64,000 nt of DNA from Deltaproteobacteria bacterium (GCA_052390235.1 JBQTHB010000005.1:47337-111336); one strand, 5' to 3'. Shown: positions 7,336 through 18,537, counted from the first letter of the stretch. Notes: a model not told the origin generated them from the sequence alone. Program-made: numbers and translations.

Positions 7336-9744
7336 TTAGCTGAACTCTACTTTTTTGAAATAATCCGGCTTCACTCTAACCGCCGCGCTCGTAGGACAAT
7401 TTCTAACGCACGCCGGGCCCCCGTCAACCGTGTGGCAGAGATCGCATTTTACGGCAAGCCCCTTTTTTATTTTAGCCGCATGAGGCGCTTTTTTGCCCAC
7501 GAGCGAGCCTAGCGCTCCGACCGCCCCCTGCCATACGGACTTCATCAGCGTGGGCTTGTTCGTAACTGAAATCATAAAAATCACGCCGTAGGGACAGAAA
7601 CGCGAGCAATTTCCGCATCCAATGCACTTATCCTCGTCAATAGCCACAACCCCGTCCGCCCCGCGCACGATGGCGTCTCCCGGAGGGCAGTCCTGAAGAC
7701 ACGGAGCGCCTTCGCAGTGCCGGCAGGCAATTGGAACGTGAATGTTGCCGAAGCTCGGGCCGGGACGCCTGTCGAGCCTCGTATGCCCGCCGTGAGTCCC
7801 CTCGCAAGCCTTAACGCAGTTATCGCATCTAATGCACTTAGACTCGTCAATTATAAGCACATCGGTGCTTTCAACCACGCCGTATTTGATAAAATCAGCC
7901 ATCACTCCCGTATCGCCCGCGCTATGGGGGGACTGTAATATGGCGGATGTTTCAACCTTGCGCCTTCCCATCTCGGCTCTAACTCTGGATTCAAGCTGAG
8001 GGTGCTTTTGCATAAGCGCCTTAAAATCGGAGCTTAAAATGCGAATAGCCTCGGATTTGGTAGCCGCCGAAACGGTTGCCGTTCTAACGTGGTCTTCGCT
8101 GAGGAGGGCCGCCTCGCCGAAATAATTGCCCGTTGAAATATAGGTTATAACGTAGTCGCTTCCGTCTTTCGCCTTCTTGCTGATTTTCGCAGAGCCGAGC
8201 CGGATGACGTAAAAAGAGTCGGACACCTCTGCCTCTTTGCAGATAACGTCCCCCTTTTTATAGGCCACGACCTCGAGCTTAGGGGCTATGGTTTGAAATT
8301 CTTCGGCGCTTATGCTTATCGAAAGCGTTGATTGCAGGGTTCTGAGGATGAAAGCCTCGTCAATTATCCTCTTTACCGACTGCTCGGAGTTTATGAGTTT
8401 CAGCATTCTCCTGCGCGGGGTTTCAATTAAAATTGAATGCTCAGATGCCTTAACCGTAGCCGAGTTGCGGCGGTCGGCAAGGAGCCCCATCTCGCCGAAG
8501 AACTCGCCCTGCTTAATGAATATATCCCTCTCCGAGCCGCCTTTGGGAACGACCTGTACGCCTCCGGTTACGATGCTAAAGAAGTTGGTGGAATAATCGC
8601 CTTGTTTTAGAATAAGCTGGTCTTTTCTCGCCTGCGTAACGTCGGACTGAGTCATAAGCTCCCTGAGGAGCTGTCTCTGAATGCCGGTAAACATCGGCAC
8701 TCTGGCGGTTATGTAGTCGAGCTTTTCGTTGACCGATGCGCCGGGAATTAAGGCGAGTTTCTCTTTAAGCAGGGACTCGTCTATCGGCTCTACGGATTTC
8801 CCGGCGATGCTCTCTATAACTTCATACCCCTCGTTCATTGCGGTTTTGATGAGGTCTCGCCCGCCCGTCGCCCCTATGATATAAAGCCCCGGCACGTTGG
8901 TTTCGTACTTGTCGCTGATGATTGGCAGAGCGGTTACGTCCTTGGAACTGAAGGCGACGCCGCAGGATTCAAGAAATTTCCTTGGCACTTCGGCTCCGAT
9001 TTTTAGGATGACAATATCGCTTTTAATGCGCACTTCTCTGTCGGGGAGGGTTATCGTAGTTGCATCTGCTTCAAACAGCTCGACGGTTGCGCTGAGGTAT
9101 GCGGAAAGCTGTTTTGAGTCTATTTTTTCTCTTATCTTTCCGAGCAGGTCGGAGTTCATATAGAAAAAATCCGCCCCTTTCTCGACAATTGACACCTTGT
9201 TGTTATCCACAAGCGCAAGGACTACCTCCGCCGCGCTGTCGCCCCCGCCTACAACAACCACATGGCGGTCAGAATAAGCGGTCGGGTCAACCAAACGGTC
9301 TGATATGTGCGGGGAGTCTTCGCCGGGGGCGCCTACTTTTCTCGGATTGCCGAGCTTGCCTATGGCGAGAACGACTCTTTTAGCCTGATACACTCCTGAG
9401 GAGGTTTTTACCTCGAACAGGTCTCCTTTTTTTGCTACTGCCGATACGGATTCTTTAGTCTTGATTTTTAGGCTGTTCTTGGATGTGTAGCCGTTCCAGA
9501 CGTCGAGTATCTCTTCGCGGCTCCCCGCTTGGAAGGAAACGTCGCTCCTAAGCGGTATGGACTGGGGCTGAGCCATGACAAATTTCCCGTTCTGATAGTA
9601 GTAGTCCAGGGTATTGGCGACAGCGCCCTTTTCAAGCGCGATGTATTTTAATTTATTCGCCTCAGCCCTAGCGGCGGCGCTAATCCCTGCCGGTCCCGCC
9701 CCAACGATAATAACGTCAAATATGTCGCCGCCCGCGCTACCCAT
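7336..9744 (-). CDS. FAD/NAD(P)-binding oxidoreductase (TrxR/YpdA-like) fused to two cNMP-binding domains and a 4x[4Fe-4S] domain
   Basis: GAGPAG and GGGDSA Rossmann motifs; FGEMGLL..ATV and FGEAALL..RTATV cNMP cassettes; CIRCDNCVKAC, CRHC..PC..CP, CIGCGNCSRFCP, CDLC..PACVRNCP. Confidence 0.88.
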   Translation of the reverse strand: MGSAGGDIFDVIIVGAGPAGISAAARAEANKLKYIALEKGAVANTLDYYYQNGKFVMAQPQSIPLRSDVSFQAGSREEILDVWNGYTSKNSLKIKTKESVSAVAKKGDLFEVKTSSGVYQAKRVVLAIGKLGNPRKVGAPGEDSPHISDRLVDPTAYSDRHVVVVGGGDSAAEVVLALVDNNKVSIVEKGADFFYMNSDLLGKIREKIDSKQLSAYLSATVELFEADATTITLPDREVRIKSDIVILKIGAEVPRKFLESCGVAFSSKDVTALPIISDKYETNVPGLYIIGATGGRDLIKTAMNEGYEVIESIAGKSVEPIDESLLKEKLALIPGASVNEKLDYITARVPMFTGIQRQLLRELMTQSDVTQARKDQLILKQGDYSTNFFSIVTGGVQVVPKGGSERDIFIKQGEFFGEMGLLADRRNSATVKASEHSILIETPRRRMLKLINSEQSVKRIIDEAFILRTLQSTLSISISAEEFQTIAPKLEVVAYKKGDVICKEAEVSDSFYVIRLGSAKISKKAKDGSDYVITYISTGNYFGEAALLSEDHVRTATVSAATKSEAIRILSSDFKALMQKHPQLESRVRAEMGRRKVETSAILQSPHSAGDTGVMADFIKYGVVESTDVLIIDESKCIRCDNCVKACEGTHGGHTRLDRRPGPSFGNIHVPIACRHCEGAPCLQDCPPGDAIVRGADGVVAIDEDKCIGCGNCSRFCPYGVIFMISVTNKPTLMKSVWQGAVGALGSLVGKKAPHAAKIKKGLAVKCDLCHTVDGGPACVRNCPTSAAVRVKPDYFKKVEFS

Positions 9745-9852
9745 CGTGATAACCCCCGAAATGAATAGAAAAGTTTACCAATTGGAAACAGATTGTATCA
9801 CACGAGAATTCAAAAATCTACACGCCGGAGCGGCGGCAAAACCTAACGATTA

Positions 9853-12549
9853 TTAAACTTCGGTGTCCGCGCTGTCCCTTCGCCACTCGTCAATTAGAGA
9901 CGCCACTAGAGCCGTCCAACCGGTCTGATGCGACGCCCCTATCCCAGAGCCGGTATCGCCGTGAAAGTACTCGAAAAACAGTATCAAATCCCTCCAATGG
10001 GGGTCGTCCTTAAATTTGGCGATGTTCCCATTGACCGGACGCCTGCCAGAATCGTCTTTTGTAAAAATGTTTATCATGCGGTTCGCAAGCCCAGATGCCA
10101 TTTCCTCGAACGTAGCCGCAATGCCTTCGGGATTTTCAATGGTAAAGTTCGTCCCGTAAGCGAGTTTGAGCTTTTTGAGGGCCTCAATCATCATAAATGA
10201 GGTGGGAAACCACACGGGCCCACGCCAGTTCGAGTTGCCGCCCTTGATCCTCTCGACCGACTCGGCTGGCTCATAGTGTATCTCCCTGCCCTCGAACACA
10301 AGCGGATGCCTCTCGTGATATTTCGACAGACTCCTGAGGCCGTAGTCCGATAGAAACTCGTCCGGATCCCATACCCTCTCCAAAAGACGCCGCATCTGCT
10401 TCGGATTCACCAGCGCAAGCATATGCACAAGCCCCTTCGCGCCGCCGTCAATCGAGCCGACGCACTCTTTAACTATGTCGCGCCTGTTTTTGAGAAACCA
10501 GTGGAAATTCGCATGGAAATTCGGGAACTGCTCTATCCACGCTTCCTCCAGATACTCAGTGGCGTAAAGCGGGATAAGCCCCACTAGCGAGCGTACCCTG
10601 AGTTTTTGATACCTGCCGTCGGGGTAGCAGAGCGCGTCGTAGAAAAACCCGTCGTTATCGCTCCACATCTCGTAGCCCCCGCCCATGTTCTGCATAGCCG
10701 CGCCCACATAGGCGTAGTGCTGAAAGAACTTCGTTGCAAGCCCCTCGTAGGACTTATTCTCCTGGGCGAGTTCCAGCGCTATGCGCATGAGATTTAGACA
10801 GAACATCCCCATCCAGCCCGTAGCGTCGGACTGTTGCAGCACAGCCCCTCCCGGTATCTCATGACTCCTGTCAATCAGCGTAATATTGTCGAGACCCAGA
10901 AAACCACCCTCGAAAATGTTATTGCCCGCGCTGTCCACTTTATTGACCCACCAGGCAAAATTAATCATGAGCTTATGGAAGCACCTCTCAAGAAACCCCC
11001 TGTCGGCTCTGCCCGATTTTTCGCGCTCGATGTTATAGACCCTCCACACCGCCCACGCCTGAACCGGGGGGTTTAAGTCGGAGAATTCCCATTCGTAAGC
11101 CGGAATCTGCCCGTTTATGTGCTGAAACTGCTCGAAAAGCAATATCCAAAGCTGCTCCTTTGCAAACTCCGGGTCAACAAGGGCAAACGGCACGCACTGG
11201 AAGGATAAATCCCAAGCGGCAAACCAGGGGTACTCCCACTTGTCGGGCATCGTCATAACGCGCATCGAGTCAATATGAGACCAGCGGGTATTGCGTATAT
11301 TGCGCCGCGACTCAGGGGGAGAGAACTTGGGGTCATCACCATCGATCCAAGCCTTCACGTTGAAATAGTAGAACTGCTTACTCCAAAGAAGACCGGAAAG
11401 GGCTTGGCGCTGAATTAATCGCTCCTCGTTGGTTGCTTTCGGCGGATGCACGGTGTTGTAGAATTCATCTGCCTCCGCGCGTCGAGCCTCGACTATCTTG
11501 TCCACATCCGCAAGGGGCTTTTTTAAGAGCTTGTCGCTGAGGCGAAGGCGCACTGTAACCGTCTCTCCTGCAGGAACCGTTATGGCGGAGTAGTGAAAGC
11601 AGGCTTTGGTTCCCCTTTTTCTCGGATTCGTGCAGTTCTCGCCGTCTATAACTTGGCGGTGAAAAGCGTCTTTAACGTAGGGTCTCCTGTTCTCAGCCCA
11701 CGCGCCGAGAGTGCGCTCGGCGTTGGTCTCGTTGTTGGTAAAGAGCAGAGCCGCGCCCTCGTCCCCGTAGAGATAGCGCTCCCCAAGGCGGTATTCAAAC
11801 GGGAGATTCTTCATAGTATCGGCAGGGCGGTCGTCGGCAAGGAGACTGATGAATCCCTTTCCCTCATGCCCTGGGGAAATCACCGGCTCAGGCTTCATCT
11901 CCTCGCCCCACGCCCAAGTGTTGCGAAACCACAGCTGTGGCAGAAGATGAACCGATGCCGCTTCGGGCCCCCGATTTGCCACTTGGATACGAATGCACAC
12001 GTCCTCCGGGTCAGCTTTTGCATACTCGACAAATACATCAAAGTAGCGGTCGTTGTTGAATACGCCCGTGTCAACCAGCTCGTACTCGGAATCTCGGGTG
12101 CTTTGCCGGCGGCGGTTCTCCTCAATTAGCTTCGTATAGGGGAACTCCGCGTGCGGATATTTATAGAGATACTTCATGTAGGAGTGCGTCGGCGTGGAGT
12201 CGAGATAGAAATAAAGCTCCTTTACGTCCTCCCCGTGATTAGCCTCCGAGGGCACAAGCCCAAATAGCCTCTCCTTTAATATCTTGTCATTCCCGTTCCA
12301 AAGGGCAAGCCCGAAAACGAGAACCTGATAGCGGTCGCAAATCCCAGCGAGACCGTCCTCGCCCCAGCGGTAGGCCTTCGAGCGGGCATAGTCGTGAGGG
12401 AAGTAATCCCATGCCGTCCCCCAAGGGCTATAGTCCTCTCTGACCGTTCCCCAAGCCCTCTCGGAGACATAGGGCCCCCATTTATACCAAGGAGGCACCC
12501 CCTTTACGTTCATATTTTCCGCCAAGCGCTTGTGTTCTTTAGTCTGCAT
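9853..12549 (-). CDS. GH63 / MGH1-like glucosidase (glycoside hydrolase)
   Basis: [63 protein letters not shown]. Confidence 0.88.
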   Translation of the reverse strand: MQTKEHKRLAENMNVKGVPPWYKWGPYVSERAWGTVREDYSPWGTAWDYFPHDYARSKAYRWGEDGLAGICDRYQVLVFGLALWNGNDKILKERLFGLVPSEANHGEDVKELYFYLDSTPTHSYMKYLYKYPHAEFPYTKLIEENRRRQSTRDSEYELVDTGVFNNDRYFDVFVEYAKADPEDVCIRIQVANRGPEAASVHLLPQLWFRNTWAWGEEMKPEPVISPGHEGKGFISLLADDRPADTMKNLPFEYRLGERYLYGDEGAALLFTNNETNAERTLGAWAENRRPYVKDAFHRQVIDGENCTNPRKRGTKACFHYSAITVPAGETVTVRLRLSDKLLKKPLADVDKIVEARRAEADEFYNTVHPPKATNEERLIQRQALSGLLWSKQFYYFNVKAWIDGDDPKFSPPESRRNIRNTRWSHIDSMRVMTMPDKWEYPWFAAWDLSFQCVPFALVDPEFAKEQLWILLFEQFQHINGQIPAYEWEFSDLNPPVQAWAVWRVYNIEREKSGRADRGFLERCFHKLMINFAWWVNKVDSAGNNIFEGGFLGLDNITLIDRSHEIPGGAVLQQSDATGWMGMFCLNLMRIALELAQENKSYEGLATKFFQHYAYVGAAMQNMGGGYEMWSDNDGFFYDALCYPDGRYQKLRVRSLVGLIPLYATEYLEEAWIEQFPNFHANFHWFLKNRRDIVKECVGSIDGGAKGLVHMLALVNPKQMRRLLERVWDPDEFLSDYGLRSLSKYHERHPLVFEGREIHYEPAESVERIKGGNSNWRGPVWFPTSFMMIEALKKLKLAYGTNFTIENPEGIAATFEEMASGLANRMINIFTKDDSGRRPVNGNIAKFKDDPHWRDLILFFEYFHGDTGSGIGASHQTGWTALVASLIDEWRRDSADTEV

Positions 12550-13210
12550 TTTCTATGACCTTTAATAAATTAATCATGCCGCCGAAAGCCCCTTCTCTAT
12601 GCCCAAAAACCGACGTGCCTGCAACAAACACATCCGCCCCCGCGCGGTATGCCGAGAGGATAGTACGCTCGTCAATGCCGCCGTCCACCTCAAGCTCACA
12701 GGAGGGATTGCGCTCCTGAATCATAAGGCGCACCTTCTGAATTTTGCGAAGCGCGCCCTCAATAAACCGCTGTCCGCCGAAGCCGGGGTTGACCGTCATA
12801 ACGAGGGCGAGGTCTATCTGCTCGATAATCTCTTCGAGAACCGAGGCTGGCGTGGCAGGATTTATGGCAACTCCGGCTTTTTTGCCGAGGCGCTTTATGT
12901 GCTGAACCGTTCTGTGGAGGTGAGGGGAGTTTTCCTGATGAACGATAACGGTGTCCGAGCCGGATTCAATAAACGCCTCAATGTAGCGCTCCGGCTTTTC
13001 AATCATCAGATGACTTTCGAGCGGGATTGACGTCGCCCGGCGCATCGCCGCGACAACCGGCATCCCCATGCTTATATTCGGCACGAAGAACCCGTCCATA
13101 ACGTCAATTTGAAACCGGTCTGCTCCGCCGCGCTCGGCATCTTTGACCTGCTCGCCGAGCCTCAAAAAATCCGCCGCGAGTATTGACGGGGCTATTTTAA
13201 TTTTCGCCAT
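12539..13210 (-). CDS. rpe: Ribulose-phosphate 3-epimerase
   Basis: [34 protein letters not shown]. Confidence 0.96.
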   Translation of the reverse strand: MAKIKIAPSILAADFLRLGEQVKDAERGGADRFQIDVMDGFFVPNISMGMPVVAAMRRATSIPLESHLMIEKPERYIEAFIESGSDTVIVHQENSPHLHRTVQHIKRLGKKAGVAINPATPASVLEEIIEQIDLALVMTVNPGFGGQRFIEGALRKIQKVRLMIQERNPSCELEVDGGIDERTILSAYRAGADVFVAGTSVFGHREGAFGGMINLLKVIENAD

Positions 13211-13261
13211 TCGACTTTCCTTTTCTAATTAATTTTGCAAGAGCCGGACATTCAAATGGTA

Positions 13262-14017
13262 TTAGCCGCCGGAGAGCATCTGAGCCGCCGCCCTGTCAAC
13301 CATCCAAACGAGCCTCCCGCTAGTTGGGCGCACGACCTGCGAGGGGAAAACCTCAGGCCTGTACTCGCCCTCAAGCACAGATTTAAGAACCTGGGCTTTC
13401 TCCGCGCCCCCGGCAAGAAACACAACGTGCGAGGCGGCGTTAATGACGCGCGGGGTGAGCGTAATTCTATAGGCGCCGAATTTCTCCACCCAAGGGGACG
13501 CCACAAGGCGCGTGTTCTCAAAAATCGCATCAGTCCCCGGAAAAAGAGAGGCGGTATGCCCGTCGGGCCCCATGCCGAGGAGAACCAAATCAAACCGCAA
13601 TGCCTGTCCCTCGGAGAGATTAAAAAACCGGATGAGCTCGATTTCATACTCGTCGGCGACTCTTGCGGCGTCCGGATTTTCAGCCTTGATGCGGTGTATG
13701 TTCTCCTCAGGAATCGAAATTTTGGCGAGCATAGCCTCGTTTGCCATGCGAAAATTACTGTCGGCGTGATTCGGGGGAACGTGCCGCTCATCTCCCCAGA
13801 AGAAATGAATATCCTGCCACGGCGCTCTATCCCGAAGGGCATCGCCGGCAAGCAGGGCATAGAGGCTGCGAGGCGTAGAACCGCCGGAAAGGGCAACCGC
13901 AAACCTCCCCCGCGCCCTTACGGCTTCATTCGAGAGCGCTATAAACTCCGCCGCCGCGCGCCGGATAATCTCATCAGAATCTGCATAAACCCTGATTTCA
14001 GAGTTGGATTTGCTCAT
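13262..14017 (-). CDS. pgl: 6-phosphogluconolactonase
   Basis: ALSGGSTP, FWGDER.VPP, LLGMGPDGHTASLFP; alternative start at 14065. Confidence 0.95.
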   Translation of the reverse strand: MSKSNSEIRVYADSDEIIRRAAAEFIALSNEAVRARGRFAVALSGGSTPRSLYALLAGDALRDRAPWQDIHFFWGDERHVPPNHADSNFRMANEAMLAKISIPEENIHRIKAENPDAARVADEYEIELIRFFNLSEGQALRFDLVLLGMGPDGHTASLFPGTDAIFENTRLVASPWVEKFGAYRITLTPRVINAASHVVFLAGGAEKAQVLKSVLEGEYRPEVFPSQVVRPTSGRLVWMVDRAAAQMLSGG

Positions 14018-14054
14018 TGTCTCATCAAGTACAATCAACGCGGGAGTTTGCGGC

Positions 14055-14972
14055 TTACCCGCCATAAATTTTCATTATCTTATCGAGAAATTCGAGGGCG
14101 TGAGAATGTTCTCGCTGAAACGCGTTTCTGCCCATGATGGAGCCGAAGCCGCCTCCGTCCCTTACGGCGCGGATTTCATCAAATACGGACTCGTCGTCTT
14201 CCTTGAGCGCGCCGCCTGAGAATATCACAATCCTCCTGCCGTCAAAGCAGGATTGCACCACGTGGCGCACCCTTTCGGTGAGCGTTGCAACCGGCACTTT
14301 TGCCGACTCATAGACCTTGCGCGCCGCATCCTGCTCGATGTGAGCCGCCGGGAGTTTCACCTTTATAATATGCGCGCCCAGCTGAGCGGCAATGTGAGCG
14401 GCATAGGCGGTTACGTCAATCGCGGTCTCCCCGTTTTTAGACAACCCTGAGCCGCGCGGATAGGACCAAATTATTACGGCAAGTCCCTTTGCCTTTGCCT
14501 CTTCAGCGTAGGCGCGTATCTGCCCGTACATCTCTAGGCGGTGCGACGAGCCGGGGTAAATTGTAAAGCCAATGCCTACGCATCCGAGTCTTACGGCGTC
14601 GCCAACGCTCCCTGTAAGCGCCTGATAGGGGTCGCTTTCGTCAATTAACACGTCGTGGTCGTTGACCTTTAGGATGAGCGGAATTTCTCCCGCAAAATCG
14701 CGCGCTCCGGCCTCGAGAAATCCGAGCGGGGCGGCGTAGGCGTTGCATCCGGCGTCAATCGCGAGCTGGAAATGATAGTGCGGATTGTAAGACGGCGGAT
14801 TCTTGGCGAAACTTCGAGCGGGCCCATGCTCAAAGCCCTGGTCAACCGGCAGAATCACCATCTTGCCCGTGCCTTTTAACTTCCCGTGGTTCAGCATACG
14901 CGCCAAATTAGTCAGCGTGCCGGGGTTATCGCTTCCGTACCAGCTTAAGATTTCTCGCACTCTTGGAGTCAT
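14055..14972 (-). CDS. fbaB: Class I fructose-bisphosphate aldolase (DhnA type)
   Basis: ILPVDQGFEHGP, WSYPRG, IIKVK, FSGG, GRNAFQR. Confidence 0.93.
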   Translation of the reverse strand: MTPRVREILSWYGSDNPGTLTNLARMLNHGKLKGTGKMVILPVDQGFEHGPARSFAKNPPSYNPHYHFQLAIDAGCNAYAAPLGFLEAGARDFAGEIPLILKVNDHDVLIDESDPYQALTGSVGDAVRLGCVGIGFTIYPGSSHRLEMYGQIRAYAEEAKAKGLAVIIWSYPRGSGLSKNGETAIDVTAYAAHIAAQLGAHIIKVKLPAAHIEQDAARKVYESAKVPVATLTERVRHVVQSCFDGRRIVIFSGGALKEDDESVFDEIRAVRDGGGFGSIMGRNAFQREHSHALEFLDKIMKIYGG

Positions 14973-15009
14973 GGCGTCCTCTCTCCTATGGATTTAGTCT
15001 TAAAATTTT

Positions 15010-16005
15010 TCATTCCCTCATAAACCTCTCGTAAAGTTCGACCTCTTCGGCGCTTCCTATGATGAGCGGGACGCGCTGATGAATAGACTCGGCTTTGATG
15101 TCGAGTATTCGCTCCGTGCCTGTGGTTGCCCGCCCTCCCGCCTGCTCGGCTAAAAATGCAAGTGGGGCGCACTCGTAGAGGAGTCTGAGCTTTCCGTCTT
15201 TGTGTTTTGTGTCCGGCGGATAGATATAGATTCCGCCCTCGAGGAGACTGCGGTGGAAGTCCGCGACCAAAGCCCCGGCGTAGCGGAGCGAATAGGGACG
15301 GCGGGTTGCGGCGTCGCGCTGGGTGAGATATTCGATGAATTTCTGCACGCCCGGATGCCAGTCATGGTAGTTGCCGAGATTGCCGCTGTAGTAATGCCCG
15401 TGAGCGGGGCATTGAATGTTCTCGTGAGAGAGTAGAAAATCCCCGATGTCGTGGTCTAGGGTGAACCCGTTTACGCCGCTTCCCGCGGTATAAACCAGCG
15501 CGGCGCTTGGCCCGTACATGACGTAGCCGGCGGCTACCTGCTCCGAGCCTCTCCTAAGCAAGTCCTCGGTTGTCTCTTGGTCGCCTGAGGTGATGCGGCG
15601 GTAAATTCCAAATATCGTGCCTACCGCGCCGTTTATATCCGTGTTGGAAGAGCCGTCGAGGGGGTCAACGCACAGAACGTATTTTGCCTCCCGTCCTCCT
15701 GAGACGCGCTTGGGCTCGTCTAATTCTTCCGACACAATCGCCGCGACGAGACCCGTTTCAGCGAACGCCTCAACAACGGTCTCATTGCCGAAAATATCCA
15801 ACTTTTTCTGCGAATCTCCGGTTACGTTCTTCTCCCCGCTGAGACCGAGCCTGCCCACTAAAGCCGCTCTGCGCATCTCCCGCGCGAGAATTTTTCCCGC
15901 ATAAGCAACTTGATTCAGCAGCACGGCAAGCTCTGCGGCGTCTTCCCGATGACCGTGTTCATAGCTCAAAATAAACCTTGAAAGTGATACAGCCTTTGCG
16001 CTCAA
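15010..16005 (-). CDS. fbp: Class 1 fructose-1,6-bisphosphatase
   Basis: SEE, DPLDGSSN, RYAGALVAD, GKLRLLYE. Confidence 0.95.
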   Translation of the reverse strand: MSAKAVSLSRFILSYEHGHREDAAELAVLLNQVAYAGKILAREMRRAALVGRLGLSGEKNVTGDSQKKLDIFGNETVVEAFAETGLVAAIVSEELDEPKRVSGGREAKYVLCVDPLDGSSNTDINGAVGTIFGIYRRITSGDQETTEDLLRRGSEQVAAGYVMYGPSAALVYTAGSGVNGFTLDHDIGDFLLSHENIQCPAHGHYYSGNLGNYHDWHPGVQKFIEYLTQRDAATRRPYSLRYAGALVADFHRSLLEGGIYIYPPDTKHKDGKLRLLYECAPLAFLAEQAGGRATTGTERILDIKAESIHQRVPLIIGSAEEVELYERFMRE

Positions 16006-17000
16006 TCCGCACCTCCCGTTTCAATTTGCATAGCGGCATATCGCGCCGCCCCGATAAGGGCGGTTTTATCGTTGAGTATCACGCGAACGGGTATCGCCTC
16101 CATTAACCGTCCGAGCCGCCCTTTGTCAACAAACGCCCTCATAAACGTCCCATCGGTCATTTTCCCAATGATTCTGGGAGCGACTCCGCCTCCGACGAAA
16201 ACACCGCCTGTTGACATAATTTTAAGGGCGAGATTTCCCGCTTCGGCTCCATAAATCGAGACGAAAAGGGCAAGGGCTTGGGCGGCAATCTCGCAAGTTC
16301 CAGCCAAAGCGGATTCCGATACAGCCGCTGCGGGGTTGCCCTCGGCTATTTTCTCGGCAAGCCAGCCCGGCTCAGAGCCAAACTTACCCGAATCGCGCAC
16401 GAAGCTATAGACGTTGAAAAGCCCTGGCCCCGACAGCACGCGCTCGTAGCTCACATGAGGGAAACGCTTAAGCAAGTAGCGCAAAAGCTCCATCTCCACC
16501 TCGTTTCTCGGCGCAAAATCCGAGTGTCCGCCCTCACAGGCGACAGGGCGATGCCTCCTGCCGTCCCAGTATAGATAAGCCTCGCCCAGTCCCGTTCCGG
16601 CGGCGATAACAGCGGCGTTCCCCTCGGCTCCAGCGGCTCCGGGATTGAGAACGGCGAAATCCTCCGCTCTCAGCGCGGCGATGCCGTAGGCGTTGGCTTC
16701 GAGGTCGTTTATCAGCCCAACGGATGGAATTCCCAACTGAGCCGCCAAGTCGGAAGAGTCCACAATCCAGGGCAGATTAGTTGCCTCGCACCTGCCGTTC
16801 TTGACCGGACCCGCCACGCCGAAGCAGGCTCTGGCAACGGTTTGCCTGTTCGCCACCTGAAATTTGGCGACAATCTCGCCGAGGCTCTTATGCTCGCCGC
16901 TTGGAAATTTAGCTTCAGCCACAGCCCTCAGCGCTCCGCCTTCAAGCTCGAATAAGGCGATATTAGTTTTAGTTCCGCCGATGTCCGCGGCTAATATCAT
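16002..17000 (-). CDS. glk: Glucokinase
   Basis: MILAADIGGT, INDLEA, GTGLG, EGGH; ATG at 17000 immediately after the zwf stop. Confidence 0.93.
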   Translation of the reverse strand: MILAADIGGTKTNIALFELEGGALRAVAEAKFPSGEHKSLGEIVAKFQVANRQTVARACFGVAGPVKNGRCEATNLPWIVDSSDLAAQLGIPSVGLINDLEANAYGIAALRAEDFAVLNPGAAGAEGNAAVIAAGTGLGEAYLYWDGRRHRPVACEGGHSDFAPRNEVEMELLRYLLKRFPHVSYERVLSGPGLFNVYSFVRDSGKFGSEPGWLAEKIAEGNPAAAVSESALAGTCEIAAQALALFVSIYGAEAGNLALKIMSTGGVFVGGGVAPRIIGKMTDGTFMRAFVDKGRLGRLMEAIPVRVILNDKTALIGAARYAAMQIETGGAD

Positions 17001-17001
17001 T

Positions 17002-18537
17002 TTACAATTGCCTCCATTTGCGCCCGTCCCGCTCAATGAGGGCGTCGGCTTCCTTTGGTCCCCAGCTACCTGCGGCATAATTCGGGAAATCCCTTGCCGG
17101 GAGAGCGCCCCACACATCTAGCATCGGCTGAGCCACTCGCCAGGCCATCTCCACCAAATCCGAGCGCGAGAAGAGGGTCGAATCGTTTATCATGCAGTTA
17201 TAGATTAATGTCTCGTAGCCTGTGCCTCGCCCAGTATGAAACGCGTCTTCATACTCAAAGCGCATCTTCACGCTCTGAAGGCGCATCGTGGGCCCAGGCA
17301 CTTTGGTCTCAAACACCATCTCAATCCCCTGCTCCGGCTGGATATGCAGAAGCAGTTGATTCGACTCCAGATTTTCCACAGGGGTATCGCGGAACAACAC
17401 CTTTGGGGCGCACTTGAACTGAATTGCAATCTCCGTGTGGCGTTTTGACAGCGACTTGCCAGAGCGCAGATAAAACGGCACCCCAGCCCAGCGCCAGTTG
17501 TCAATAAAAAGCCTCATTGCGGCAAAGGTCTCCGTGCGCGAGTCCATGGCAACATCCGGCTCATTTCTATAGGCGTGAATGGTTCTGCCCTCTATCGTTC
17601 CATCCCCGTACTGCCCGCGGACGGCGTTTGAAAGCACGTCTTCGGGGGTCATTGGGTGGATTGCCTTGAGCACCTCGGCTTTGGCATTTCTAATATCCTC
17701 GGCGTGGAACGAGCTTGGGGATTCCATAGCTACATAGGCGAGCATCTGAAACATATGATTCTGTATCATGTCCCTCAGCACGCCGGAGCGCTCGTAGTAG
17801 TTGCCGCGCCCCTCGACGCCGACCTTCTCGGCAACCGTGAACTGGATGTGGTCAACGTAGTGGCGATTCCAAAGCGGCTCAAAAATCCCGTTTGCGAACC
17901 GGAAGGCGAGGATATTCTGAACCGTCTCTTTGCCGAGGTAGTGGTCAATTCTCCAGATTTGATGCTCGTCCCAATGCGCCTGAAGGTCTCGGCTGAGCTT
18001 TATGGCGCTTTCCAAATCGCGCCCGAAAGGCTTTTCCACAATGAGCCGAGACCAATTGCCGTCCTCTCTATCCAACCCCGCAACTCCCAAATTTTGGGCT
18101 ATTACACTGAACACCACAGGCGGCACAGCGAGATAAAACAGGCGGTTACCCCCGGTTTGGTGCTTTGCATCAACCTCGGCAATCAGCTTGGCAAGTGTTT
18201 CATAAGCGGCGGGGTCGTCAAATTTCCCCGGCGTGTAATAGAATCTCTTGACCAGATCATCCCAAATCTTCTCGTCAAAACCCCGCGTGGAGAACTGGCG
18301 TATTCCCTTGGTCATCTCCTCACGGAAGGAGTCGTGGTTGAGGTCTGTGAGCGCGATGCCCACTAAAGCGAAATTATGAGGCAGAAGCCCGTCGCAGGCG
18401 AGGTTATAAATTGCAGGCATCAAAAGCCTTTTGGTCAGGTCCCCCGACGCCCCGAAAATCGTCATGAGACAGGAATCCCCGGGGCGCTCGCTCCCCGCGC
18501 CGGCTACGGACTCGGATATAATTGTCGGTTCAGCCAT
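17002..18537 (-). CDS. zwf: Glucose-6-phosphate 1-dehydrogenase
   Basis: GASGDL, EKPFG, RIDHYLGKE. Confidence 0.97.
   Translation of the reverse strand: MAEPTIISESVAGAGSERPGDSCLMTIFGASGDLTKRLLMPAIYNLACDGLLPHNFALVGIALTDLNHDSFREEMTKGIRQFSTRGFDEKIWDDLVKRFYYTPGKFDDPAAYETLAKLIAEVDAKHQTGGNRLFYLAVPPVVFSVIAQNLGVAGLDREDGNWSRLIVEKPFGRDLESAIKLSRDLQAHWDEHQIWRIDHYLGKETVQNILAFRFANGIFEPLWNRHYVDHIQFTVAEKVGVEGRGNYYERSGVLRDMIQNHMFQMLAYVAMESPSSFHAEDIRNAKAEVLKAIHPMTPEDVLSNAVRGQYGDGTIEGRTIHAYRNEPDVAMDSRTETFAAMRLFIDNWRWAGVPFYLRSGKSLSKRHTEIAIQFKCAPKVLFRDTPVENLESNQLLLHIQPEQGIEMVFETKVPGPTMRLQSVKMRFEYEDAFHTGRGTGYETLIYNCMINDSTLFSRSDLVEMAWRVAQPMLDVWGALPARDFPNYAAGSWGPKEADALIERDGRKWRQL

Noticed and set aside
13235-14137. 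300-aa plus-strand ORF and 216-aa alternate-frame ORF over pgl
   Set aside because: Shadow ORFs of a clear pgl gene in GC-rich DNA; no motifs.
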